From a bacterium (GTDB lineage: Bacteria; Sysuimicrobiota; Sysuimicrobiia; Sysuimicrobiales; Segetimicrobiaceae), in contig DASQGM010000022.1 of the NCBI GenBank assembly GCA_035632615.1, positions 1 to 42,102 on the forward strand: a DNA stretch of 42,102 nucleotides, given 5' to 3'. Positions 1 through 8,267 of the stretch are shown one piece after another. The first letter of the stretch is position 1; every line of letters begins with the position of its first letter. The notes beneath the pieces were generated by a model. That model searched no databases and was not told the DNA's origin. It saw only the letters and a list, made by a program, of their open reading frames with translations. A program made the translations under genes and the position numbers.

Positions 1-751
1 CCAGGAGCGGCAGCAGTCGCAGATGGAGCGCCTCGGCCTCGTCGCGGCGGTTCTCCCGATAGAGCGTGTAGATCTTGACCTGCACATCGGCCAGCGCGCA
101 GTTCGGCATGTTGCCGCACGCGCCCCGATCCAGCTCGCCGAGCAGCCAAATCGCGTTCAGCCCTCCGAAGACGCCGTCGAGACGATCCCCCGCCGCGCGG
201 ATCAGGGCCGACATCCGCTGGCCGCCCGGGTTGACCTCCTCCTTGACGTACCGGATCGCCGGCGCCCGCTCGATCAGCCGGACGAGCGAAGGAATCGCAA
301 GCGGCGTGCCCAGCGGCGGCTCGGCGTTCTGCACGATGATCGGCCGGCCGTCCGCGGCTGCGGCCACCGCCTCATAGTACGCATGGACGCCGGCCTCGCC
401 GGGCCGGCGGATGTACGGCGGCAGCACCATGATCCCGTCGGCGCCGTGGGCGATCGCGTGACGCGTGAACGTGACGGCCGGAACCGTGGAGACGCCGTTT
501 GCGCTGATGATCACCGGCACGCGGCCGTGCACTTCTTCGAGTACGATCTCGGTCACCCGCATGCGCTCCGCGTCGGACAGCGTGAAGAACTCGCTCGCGT
601 TGGCGGGAATCACCACGCCGTGCACCCCGGCGCGGAGGCAAAACGCCACCTCACGGCGCAGGCTGTCCAGATCGAGCGCTCCCGAGTCGTCGAACGGTGT
701 TTGGAGAATCGGCACGATGCCGGCAAAGCGGGTTGCCGTGGAGCCTCCCAT
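1..751 (-). CDS. DapA/DHDPS-family class I aldolase-type lyase; N-terminal ~250 aa only, the C-terminus lies beyond the window start
   Basis: Not in the ORF track because it is open at the window edge. My minus-strand translation from ATG 749-751 gives MGGSTATRFAGIVPILQTPFDDSGALDLDSLRREVAFCLRAGVHGVVIPANASEFFTLSDAERMRV...GADGIMVLPPYI...IRYVKEEVNPGG. This shows the family-typical TPF N-terminus and a Schiff-base Lys context (YVKEE). AGGAGG lies 6 nt upstream. The start is 15 nt downstream of the preceding gene's stop. Confidence 0.8.
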   Translation of the reverse strand, partial: MGGSTATRFAGIVPILQTPFDDSGALDLDSLRREVAFCLRAGVHGVVIPANASEFFTLSDAERMRVTEIVLEEVHGRVPVIISANGVSTVPAVTFTRHAIAHGADGIMVLPPYIRRPGEAGVHAYYEAVAAAADGRPIIVQNAEPPLGTPLAIPSLVRLIERAPAIRYVKEEVNPGGQRMSALIRAAGDRLDGVFGGLNAIWLLGELDRGACGNMPNCALADVQVKIYTLYRENRRDEAEALHLRLLPLL

Positions 752-765
752 CACTCGCCTCCTGT

Positions 766-2004
766 TCAGACCGCGTGGCGCAACAGCGCTGCCTCGTCGA
801 CGTCCAGGCCGAAACCGGCGCCACCGGGCACGACCAGCATGCCCTGGTCCAGCACGAGCGGATGCCGCAGCACCGCGTTTCCGAGCGGGTTCTCACCGAT
901 CCAGTACTCCATCACGACCAGGTTGGGCAGGGCCGCGGCGTAGTGGGCGGTCGCCGCGAACTGGATCGCCGAGCCGATGCTGACATGCGGGGCGACGCCC
1001 GCGCCGAACGCGTCTGCCAGATGCGCGATGCGGCGGCACTCGCTGAGGCCGCCCGATCGGCAGACGTCGGGCTGCACGATGTCGAGCGCCCCGCGCACGA
1101 GAAAATCGCGCACCTGATAGCGCGTGCTCAACAGGTCGCAGGCGATCGGCAGATCGAGCGCGCGGGCGAGCTCCGCGTAGCCCGCGACGTGCTCGGGCGG
1201 CACCGGCGCCTCGAGCCATCCGACGCCGAACTCCTGTAACGTGCGCCCGAGCCGTCCGGCCGACGCCACGTCGTAGTTACCGGCGGCATCGGTAAGCAGC
1301 AGCACGTCGGGACCCACCGCCTCTCTCGCGGCCCGGACGGTCTCCGTGTCGGCGTCCACGCCGAATCCGATCGCGAGCTTAATCGCGCGAAACCCCGCGC
1401 CCACCAGCGCGCGGGCGGACTGCTGCAGGCGGCTGCGGGCCGCCTCGTCGTCGGCGCGCTTCAGGCCGGGCAGGCCCGAGGCATAGACCGGCACGCGCTC
1501 GCGATACGCGCCGCCCAGGAGCTTGCACACGGGCACCCCGAGCGACTTACCGGCGAGATCCCACAACGCGAGGTCGACCCCGCTGATCGCCTCGAGCAGG
1601 AAGCCGCTCTGGTGCGAGCGCAGCCGCATCGTGCCGTACATGCGCTCCCACAGCACGTCGATGTCGAGCGGATCGGCGCCGAGCACCACGGGTGCGAGCA
1701 GGTCGCGGACGACCTCGCGCGTCGCCTCGGGGGCGACCGGCGCCTTCGCTTCGCCGTACCCCGTGAGCCCCGCGTCCGTGCGGACGCACACGATCACGGT
1801 GTTGAACGTCTCGCTGTAGCTCGCCCGCATGCGCCAGCGTGGTGGGTAGTCCCAGCCGTCGGAGGCGCGCCCGCCGGACGCGAGCGGAGCGCGCGAGGAG
1901 TGCACGCCCGGCGCCCCCGACGCCCACGCCTGGGAGCCCCAGTACGGCTCCGTCGACGGGTTGGGGACGCGCAGCGCGAACGCCTCGACGGACGTGATCC
2001 TCAC
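766..2004 (-). CDS. Enolase-superfamily (mandelate racemase/muconate lactonizing enzyme family) protein, probable acid-sugar dehydratase, paralog 1
   Basis: 412 aa ORF. Barrel-domain motifs: LLLTDAAGNY (Asp ligand), GWLEAPV (Glu ligand), PIACDLL (Asp where Glu is usual), DIVQPDVCRSGG and APHVS (Asp/His dyad context). GTG start with GGGGGAA 6 nt upstream. Confidence 0.85.
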   Translation of the reverse strand: MRITSVEAFALRVPNPSTEPYWGSQAWASGAPGVHSSRAPLASGGRASDGWDYPPRWRMRASYSETFNTVIVCVRTDAGLTGYGEAKAPVAPEATREVVRDLLAPVVLGADPLDIDVLWERMYGTMRLRSHQSGFLLEAISGVDLALWDLAGKSLGVPVCKLLGGAYRERVPVYASGLPGLKRADDEAARSRLQQSARALVGAGFRAIKLAIGFGVDADTETVRAAREAVGPDVLLLTDAAGNYDVASAGRLGRTLQEFGVGWLEAPVPPEHVAGYAELARALDLPIACDLLSTRYQVRDFLVRGALDIVQPDVCRSGGLSECRRIAHLADAFGAGVAPHVSIGSAIQFAATAHYAAALPNLVVMEYWIGENPLGNAVLRHPLVLDQGMLVVPGGAGFGLDVDEAALLRHAV

Positions 2005-2032
2005 CGGCCGTTCCCCCGCAACATCGCGGCCG

Positions 2033-3244
2033 TCACGCGCGCACCACCAGCGCCTCGAGCGCGGCCTCGTCGATCTCGATCCCGAGTCCCGGCCCGGTCG
2101 GCACGGCGACGTATCCGTCCGCGGTCGTGGCGAACGGCGCCGTCACGATGTGGGCCAGCGGGTTGTGCCCCGACCAGAACTCGTACATGAGAAAGTTGGG
2201 GATGGCCGCGCAGAGGTGCAGCGAGGCGGCCTGATGGACCGCGGAACACACGCTGTTGTGCGGGCACAGCTTCACGTTCGCCACGTCCGCGAGCATCGCG
2301 ATCTTGCGGCATTCGGTGAGGCCGCCTGCCCTCGAGATGTCCGGCAGCACGACGTCCACGCCGCGGCGCGCCAGGCGGGCGCTGAACTGGTACCGCGTCG
2401 TCTCCGTCTCTCCCATCGCGACCGCGACGTCCAGCGCGCGGCAGAGCTGAGCGTACCCGTGGTGGTCCTCGGGCGGCAACGGGTCCTCAAACCAGAGGAC
2501 CTGGTTGCGCTCCAGCGCGCGGCCGATCCGGATCGCGGTCGGCAGGTCGTAGACCCCGGCCGCGTCCAGCATCAGGTCGATCTGGGGCCCCACGGCCTCG
2601 CGGATCCGCTCGACGTTCCGGATGTCGGTCTCCGCGCCGACGCCGCCGGAGATCTTGATGCCGTGAAACCCCTGCGCGCTGTGATGCCGCGCGATCGCCA
2701 CCATCTCGTCGATGTCGAGCACCGGCAGATGTGACTGGTACGTGCGGACGCGATCATGGTACTCGCCGCCCATCAAGAGATGGACCGGCAGTCCGACGGC
2801 CTTGCCCGCGAGGTCCCACAGCGCGATGTCGACACCGGCCATCGCCTCCGACATGAACCCGGTGTGGTGGCCCCGGATGCGCATGCTGGCGTACATCTTC
2901 TCCCACAACTGATCGGTCGCCAGTGGGTTCTCCCCGATCAGCATCGGGCCGAGCAGCGTCTCGATGATCGTGTAGGTAATCTCCGGCGCGATCGGCGCGT
3001 GCGCCTCCCCCCAGCCGACGAGGCCGTCGTCGGTCGTGATCCGGACCAGCGTCGTCTCGATGTGCCGCGAGTACGCGGCGCGATATCGCCAGAGCGTCAT
3101 GTCGGCGGCGCGCTGCGGCTCGACCACCGGCACCCGCGTCTTGCCGCGTGCCTTCTCCCCCCAGAAGCCGGCTCCCCAGTACAGATCCATCTCGCCGAGA
3201 GGCGCCCGCAGCACCATCGGTTCGATCTTCGCGATCCGCATCAC
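2033..3244 (-). CDS. Enolase-superfamily protein, probable acid-sugar dehydratase, paralog 2
   Basis: 403 aa ORF colinear with paralog 1. Motifs MLDAAGVYD, LWFEDPL, VAMGETE, DVVLPDISRAGG, CPHNS. GTG 3244 / ATG 3241 start with GAGAGGAG upstream. Confidence 0.85.
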   Translation of the reverse strand: MMRIAKIEPMVLRAPLGEMDLYWGAGFWGEKARGKTRVPVVEPQRAADMTLWRYRAAYSRHIETTLVRITTDDGLVGWGEAHAPIAPEITYTIIETLLGPMLIGENPLATDQLWEKMYASMRIRGHHTGFMSEAMAGVDIALWDLAGKAVGLPVHLLMGGEYHDRVRTYQSHLPVLDIDEMVAIARHHSAQGFHGIKISGGVGAETDIRNVERIREAVGPQIDLMLDAAGVYDLPTAIRIGRALERNQVLWFEDPLPPEDHHGYAQLCRALDVAVAMGETETTRYQFSARLARRGVDVVLPDISRAGGLTECRKIAMLADVANVKLCPHNSVCSAVHQAASLHLCAAIPNFLMYEFWSGHNPLAHIVTAPFATTADGYVAVPTGPGLGIEIDEAALEALVVRA

Positions 3245-3311
3245 AAATCCACGCTCCTCTCCGCCGCGGCCTTCCCTGCCGCGAGGCCGGCCCCGCCCAC
3301 CGCACCCCGCG

Positions 3312-4133
3312 TCACTTGACCGCGCCCGCCGTCAGCCCTTGGATCAACTGCCGCTCGAGCACGAGGAAGATGAGGATGATCGGCAGCGTTCCGATCAGCG
3401 ACGCGGCCATGACCTCGTTCCAGTACGTCACGTACTCGCCGCGGAACGACCCGAGGCCCACCGAGATCGTCCACGTCGACGCCGTCGTCAGAAACGTGCG
3501 GGCGAAGAGGTACTCGTCCCACGCCAGGATCGTGCTGTACAGGGCCGTGGCAGCGAGTCCGGGTGCCGCGAGCGGCAGGACCACGCGCACGAGCGCGCCG
3601 AGCCGGGAACTCCCGTCGATGTATGCCGCCTCGTCGAGCTCCCTCGGGATGCTGTCGAAGTAGCCCTTGAGCATCCAGGTCGCGAACGGCATGATGAATG
3701 TCACGTTCGCGATCACGACCGACCAGAGCGAGTTGATGAGGTGCACCGTGCTCATCGCGACAAAGAGCGGAATCACGAGCAACGTGGTCGGCAGCATCCG
3801 GCTCGCGAGCAACAGGTGCCCGAGCGTACCGGCCCCTCTCGTCCGAAACCGCGACAGGCTGTACCCGGCCAGCACCCCCACGCCGAGCGAATACGCACCC
3901 GACAACAGCACCACAACAAGGGAGTTCAGGAGCCATCGCCCGATTGGACGTTCGTGCAGGATCTTCGTGTACGCGGCGAGGGTCGCGTGCGGGTGCACGA
4001 ACGTGGGAGGGTAGACGTAGAGCTGGTTTTGCGGCGCCAGCGAGGTATTGAACATCCAGTACACCGGAAAGACCAGTACGCCCACCACGACCACGACCGC
4101 CGCGTAGAGCCCATATCGTCGCCCGGGCGTCAT
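3312..4133 (-). CDS. ABC transporter permease, CUT1 sugar type (MalG/UgpE-like)
   Basis: 273 aa, multi-TM. EAA loop ELDEAAYIDGSSRLGALVRVVLPLAAPG. N-terminus FPVYWMFNTSL is typical of MalG-like permeases. 1-nt gap to the upstream permease gene. Confidence 0.9.
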   Translation of the reverse strand: MTPGRRYGLYAAVVVVVGVLVFPVYWMFNTSLAPQNQLYVYPPTFVHPHATLAAYTKILHERPIGRWLLNSLVVVLLSGAYSLGVGVLAGYSLSRFRTRGAGTLGHLLLASRMLPTTLLVIPLFVAMSTVHLINSLWSVVIANVTFIMPFATWMLKGYFDSIPRELDEAAYIDGSSRLGALVRVVLPLAAPGLAATALYSTILAWDEYLFARTFLTTASTWTISVGLGSFRGEYVTYWNEVMAASLIGTLPIILIFLVLERQLIQGLTAGAVK

Positions 4134-4134
4134 C

Positions 4135-5049
4135 TCAATAGAACTCCTGGCCGCTCTGGCGAATGAACAGGATGCTGGCGACCGTCGAGATCGCGAGCGT
4201 CACCACGCCGATCGCCGCTGCGAACCCCATGTGGAAAAACGTAAAGGCCTCCCGGTACGTCATCACCGCGAGCGTCTCCGTCGCGCGCACCGGGCCGCCC
4301 CCCGTCAACACCCAGATATACGTGAACTCGCGAAAGACCCAGAGCACGCTCAGCAACGTGGCCAGCGCGAGGATGTTCCGGAGCCCCGGCACGGTGACGA
4401 ACCGGAACGCGGCAAACGCGCCTCCGCCGTCGACGGCCGCCGCGTCGTACAGGTCCTTGGGGATCGCCTGGAGGCCGGCCAGTACCATGACCGTGAAAAA
4501 CGGGTAGCCCTTCCAGACCGTCACGATGCTGATCGCCGCGAGCGCCGGGCGCGGCGACGCGACCCAGTTCACCGGCAGCGACACGAGGCCGAGACGAAGC
4601 AGCACGAAGTTGAGCAGTCCGTACGACGGATCCAGGATCCACCACCAGATGTTGGCGGCGACGACCGACGGGACCGCCCACGGCAGCACGGCCAGCATCC
4701 GCGCTACGGTCCGCCCGCGAAACGGCTGATTGAGCAACAACGCCGTGCCGAACCCGATGAGCAACGCGAAGCCGACCGACAGGACGACATACGCGACGGA
4801 CACGCGCACCGCTTGCCAAAACGCCGCCGACGCGAACAGCCTCGCGTAGTTGGCGAGCGTGAACGGGCCCTCCGACACCCCCGGCGAGTAGATGTCGACC
4901 TTGCGGAAGCTCAAGTTCAGCGCGGTGAGCACCGGGTACAGGATCACGAACACCAGCGTCAGGATCGCTGGCGCGAGCAGGAACAAGGAAAACGCCTCCG
5001 GACCCCGCAGCCGGCGTCCCCACGTCCGTCTGGTCGAGCCGGCCGGCAT
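4135..5049 (-). CDS. ABC transporter permease, CUT1 sugar type (MalF/UgpA-like)
   Basis: Track ORF 4135..6048 trimmed to ATG 5047-5049 (MPAGSTRRTWGRRLRGPEAFSLFLLAPAIL..., 304 aa). The upstream part of that frame is Arg/Gly-rich and overlaps the binding-protein gene. EAA loop DLYDAAAVDGGGAFAAFRFVTVPGLR. Confidence 0.85.
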   Translation of the reverse strand: MPAGSTRRTWGRRLRGPEAFSLFLLAPAILTLVFVILYPVLTALNLSFRKVDIYSPGVSEGPFTLANYARLFASAAFWQAVRVSVAYVVLSVGFALLIGFGTALLLNQPFRGRTVARMLAVLPWAVPSVVAANIWWWILDPSYGLLNFVLLRLGLVSLPVNWVASPRPALAAISIVTVWKGYPFFTVMVLAGLQAIPKDLYDAAAVDGGGAFAAFRFVTVPGLRNILALATLLSVLWVFREFTYIWVLTGGGPVRATETLAVMTYREAFTFFHMGFAAAIGVVTLAISTVASILFIRQSGQEFY

Positions 5050-5108
5050 CGCCTGGGCCTGCGTTGTCACCACACACCCCTCGCCGGAAGCCGACCGGGC
5101 GGCTCCCC

Positions 5109-6392
5109 CTACTGCCGCTTCAGGTCCTCGAGCGCCCGCTGAAGGTCCTGAAGGACCTTCTCCACAGGCTCGTTTTGCACGATCATGCGCTGCGACTGCT
5201 CCGCCACGATCTGGATGAACTGGTTCGCCTTCGTCTCGAAGCCGAACGGGATCCAACTGACCGCCCGCTTGGACGCATCCACGTAGATGTCGTAGAACGG
5301 CAGCGCCTTGCGCGCGTCCGCGGGGACCGTGGCATCCAGCCGGGGCGGTGGCGCGCCGACGGCGATCGCGTAGCGGATCTGCGCCTCCCGGGTCGTCCCG
5401 CTCCGGATGAAGTCCCAGACCAGATCCTTCTCGGCCTGGGGAAGGCTCCGGGGCATCGCGATCACGTTGCTCGCCCCTCCCATCGTGGCCTGGAACGGGA
5501 GCGGCGCCGCCTTCATGTACGGCCGCACCGACGGGTCGGCCTGTTGCACGAACCCCTGCATCCACGGGCCGTCGTTGTACGACGCGACTTTGCCTTGAAT
5601 CAGGAACTGCCGCAGCGGGCCGGACTCCTGGCCGATCGGCGTCGCGCTGAGCGCCGCCTGCTTCCACCACTTGAAGCCCTGAATCACCGACGGCGTCAGC
5701 ACCGACGGGTTGCCCTTGTCGTCGGTCCAGCGCCCGCCCGCGCCGTAGACGAACACGGCGATGTGGGCCACCATGTTGAAGCCCGGCAGCGTGACGATCC
5801 CCGCGCCAAACTGCCCCTGCGAGCGATTGGTCATTGCCGCGATCGTGGCAAGGTAGTCGCTGGGAGTCTTCGGGACGGCCCGGCCAGTGGCCGCGAGCAG
5901 CTTCGAATTGTACACCCACGCGTAGCCGTAGTTGAGCATCAGGACGCAGTCGGTCGCCCCCTTCCAGACACACGTCTTGGACTGGAGCGGGGTGTACGTC
6001 TGCTTGATCTCGTCGATGCCCGGATATTTGTCGAGTGGCTCCAGCCACCCACGGTCGGCAAACGGGAAGTAGGTTTGCGCCGGCACGTGGACGATCTGCG
6101 GCGGCGAGTTCGCGGCAAACTGCGCGATGAGCCGGTCGGTGTGCTCGGCGAGCGGGATCTTCGTGAACTCGATCCGGACGCCCGGGTGGGCGCGCTCAAA
6201 CGCGGCGATCTGGTCCTTCCACCAGCCGGACGTCCCCGGCTCGTCCTGCTGCCACGAGGGGAACTGCAGCACGATCGTCTGCGCGGCTCCTCCCGTGCCC
6301 GCCAGAAGACCGGTGAGGAGCAGCGTCAAGCCAATTGCCGCCACGAGCCGGTTCACGAGCCCCACCCCCTGATCCACATCTCGTGTGGCCAC
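5109..6392 (-). CDS. ABC transporter extracellular solute-binding protein, family 1 (sugar type)
   Basis: 427 aa. Signal-peptide-like NRLVAAIGLTLLLTGLLAGTGGAAQ, then a Trp/Tyr/Lys-rich periplasmic binding-protein sequence. The start may be the internal GTG at 6356 (GGGGGTG upstream) rather than GTG 6392. Confidence 0.85.
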   Translation of the reverse strand: MATRDVDQGVGLVNRLVAAIGLTLLLTGLLAGTGGAAQTIVLQFPSWQQDEPGTSGWWKDQIAAFERAHPGVRIEFTKIPLAEHTDRLIAQFAANSPPQIVHVPAQTYFPFADRGWLEPLDKYPGIDEIKQTYTPLQSKTCVWKGATDCVLMLNYGYAWVYNSKLLAATGRAVPKTPSDYLATIAAMTNRSQGQFGAGIVTLPGFNMVAHIAVFVYGAGGRWTDDKGNPSVLTPSVIQGFKWWKQAALSATPIGQESGPLRQFLIQGKVASYNDGPWMQGFVQQADPSVRPYMKAAPLPFQATMGGASNVIAMPRSLPQAEKDLVWDFIRSGTTREAQIRYAIAVGAPPPRLDATVPADARKALPFYDIYVDASKRAVSWIPFGFETKANQFIQIVAEQSQRMIVQNEPVEKVLQDLQRALEDLKRQ

Positions 6393-6398
6393 CTACCC

Positions 6399-7148
6399 TC
6401 AGTTTCCGGCCTTCCGACCGTCGAGCCGCCGCGCAGGCGCCTGATGCGCTCCCGGTGACGCTGCGACGAGCTCTCTTGCTTCGAGGTCGCGGATCAGCGA
6501 CGCCTTCGCGCGCCTGATGTGGGCGTCGACGGCTGCCGACAGCCGCGCCGCGTCACCGGCCTCGAGCGCGGCGAGGATCTCACGGTGTTCGGCCTGCTCC
6601 TGCCGGAGGCGCTGGTGCCAGTTCGTGCGGCGCGCGTGAACGCGCCCGATCTGGATGTGGGCGCGGAGGCCCTCGTAGAGTTCGAGCAACCTGCGGTTAC
6701 CCGAAAACTGGACGAACAGCTGGTGGAAGGTCAGGTTTCTCCTCATGTGCTCCGCGGCATCTCGACGATCCGCCGCCCGCTGGAGGGCGTCCAGCTGCTC
6801 GCGGAGCTCGGCAAGCCCGTCGCTCGAGATGCGGTCCACCACGGTTTCCGCGGCGAGGCGCTCGAGCGCTCGCCGGATCTCGAAGACCTCGGCGATGTCG
6901 TCCGCCGACAGGTCCGTGACGAATGTGCCCTTCCGCGGGACGATCTCGATGAGCCCCTCGCTCGCAAGGACGTTCAACGAGTCCTTGAGCGGCGTACGGC
7001 TGACCCCAAGCTGGGCGGCGAGCTCGTCGACCTTGAGGCGCTGACCGGGGCGAAACTTGCGGGCGAGGATCTGCTCTTTCAACGTGCGGTAGACCGCATC
7101 CGTGAGGCGCTGTACGCTCAGCGTCGGTAGAGCCTGAACAGGTTGCAC
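6399..7148 (-). CDS. GntR-family transcriptional regulator, FadR/FCD subfamily
   Basis: 249 aa. N-terminal winged helix LKVDELAAQLGVSRTPLKDSLNVLASEGLIEIVPRKGTFV and a helical C-terminal FCD-type domain. GTG start with AGGAGG (7154-7159). First gene of the co-directional transporter/dehydratase operon. Confidence 0.9.
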   Translation of the reverse strand: MQPVQALPTLSVQRLTDAVYRTLKEQILARKFRPGQRLKVDELAAQLGVSRTPLKDSLNVLASEGLIEIVPRKGTFVTDLSADDIAEVFEIRRALERLAAETVVDRISSDGLAELREQLDALQRAADRRDAAEHMRRNLTFHQLFVQFSGNRRLLELYEGLRAHIQIGRVHARRTNWHQRLRQEQAEHREILAALEAGDAARLSAAVDAHIRRAKASLIRDLEARELVAASPGAHQAPARRLDGRKAGN

Positions 7149-7215
7149 GGGTGCCTCCTGGGCGGCGCGGTCCTGGAATCTGAAATTTTTTATTCTACAA
7201 TATCACCTGTTCTCC
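7149..7215 (-). promoter_or_regulatory. Candidate promoter/operator region of the gntR-led operon
   Basis: By eye the most AT-rich patch in the window (minus strand ...GGTGATATTGTAGAATAAAAAATTTCAGATTCC...). TAGAAT is -10-like at 7192-7197, ~44 nt upstream of the GTG start. I found no convincing -35 box or clean GntR palindrome. Confidence 0.3.
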
Positions 7216-7265
7216 TCTCGGTGCTGACCTGGACGCCCGGGGTCCCGAGCACGTCGTGGTCCGCA

Positions 7266-7802
7266 TCATCCGCGGTCCAACGTGGGCGTGCGTGTCCACA
7301 TGAGGCGGGAGTAGTCCAGGTCCTGAGCGCGCACGCCCACCTGACGGAGCATGGCCATCACCTGGGCGCGATGGTGCACCTCGTGAAAGAGCAGCTGGCC
7401 AGCGATGCCGCCGGCCGTGGTCTCCGTGCGCACGGGCGGGCTGAACGATCGCGAAAGGTACTCGATGCGGCGGGTCGCGTCGCCCATGCGGACGAGCACT
7501 CCGCGGGTCGTCTCGGACTGCTCCCGCCAGGCGCTTGCAAGCGGCGCCAGACCGGGGTAACGGTCCACGGTGAATGGGTTGTCTCCAGGGCCGTAATCGA
7601 TGCCGGCCAGCCGGTTGGCATAGTTCCACTCGGAGGCCGCGAGGTGCACCAACGTGTCGCGGATCGATCCCAACCCGATCGGAAAGTCCCGGGTGTACAC
7701 CGAGTCCGCCTGGGCTCGGATCCACTCGAGGAGCTCCGCCCGCGCGCGCACCACGTAGTCGAAGAAGTGTACGAAGTCGATCCCCGGCGACGCCGGCTCC
7801 AC
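7266..7802 (-). CDS. DinB/YfiT-family (damage-inducible, metal-dependent four-helix-bundle) protein
   Basis: Track ORF is 184 aa from TTG 7820. I prefer GTG 7802, which has AGGAGG (7812-7817) 9 nt upstream. DinB-type His contexts: DTLVHLAASEW and LLFHEVHHRAQV. Confidence 0.75.
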   Translation of the reverse strand: MEPASPGIDFVHFFDYVVRARAELLEWIRAQADSVYTRDFPIGLGSIRDTLVHLAASEWNYANRLAGIDYGPGDNPFTVDRYPGLAPLASAWREQSETTRGVLVRMGDATRRIEYLSRSFSPPVRTETTAGGIAGQLLFHEVHHRAQVMAMLRQVGVRAQDLDYSRLMWTRTPTLDRG

Positions 7803-7816
7803 GGGCGGACGCCTCC

Positions 7817-8167
7817 TCAACCGGACGCCATGGAACGCCGGGCCGGGGTTTTCCCCGTGCGCTCGCCAGGCGCGCGTCCGTGAGCCTCGACGACGGTCTT
7901 CGAACCCCTCACGCTCGGTGCCTTGATGACGAGAAAGCTCGCGCGCCTACTGAGGATGCGCTCCGGAATGTTGCTCACCACGCCCGGCGCGATGACGAAG
8001 TACTGTCCCGCTGAGAGCACAACGCGACGCCCAGCGATGCGTCCCTGGGCCCGACCGCTGAGGAGCAGCGTGCACTCGATCATCTTCGACTCCGTCTTCG
8101 TCGCGTGTCCGGTGGGGCCCGCGCGAAACTCCTGGTACTTCATCTCGACGCGGTTGGTTTGACGCAC
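7817..8167 (-). CDS. Cupin-domain protein; true N-terminus probably further upstream (see findings)
   Basis: 116 aa from GTG 8167. Beta-barrel stretch KMIECTLLLSGRAQGRIAGRRVVLSAGQYFVIAPGVVSN. The same frame continues upstream as GRYYIGDFRKDALAEGRGGWFLGFFAPGG with no ATG/GTG/TTG. Confidence 0.6.
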   Translation of the reverse strand: MRQTNRVEMKYQEFRAGPTGHATKTESKMIECTLLLSGRAQGRIAGRRVVLSAGQYFVIAPGVVSNIPERILSRRASFLVIKAPSVRGSKTVVEAHGRAPGERTGKTPARRSMASG

Positions 8168-8267
8168 TCCCCCAGGGGCAAAGAACCCCAGGAACCACCC
8201 ACCGCGTCCCTCGGCGAGCGCGTCCTTGCGAAAATCGCCGATGTAATATCGGCCCGAACGTGTCGCG

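Noticed and set aside
4135-6048. 5'-extended versions of real genes in the ORF track: 4135..6048, 12977..15703, 21339..23729, 34871..36706, 35905..38187, 15822..16739, 17734..18792, 16817..17737, 8268..9956, 26184..27170.
   Set aside because: The extensions overlap the upstream gene in another frame and are compositionally non-protein-like. Internal starts have strong GGAGG-type sites, stop/start coupling and family-typical N-termini.
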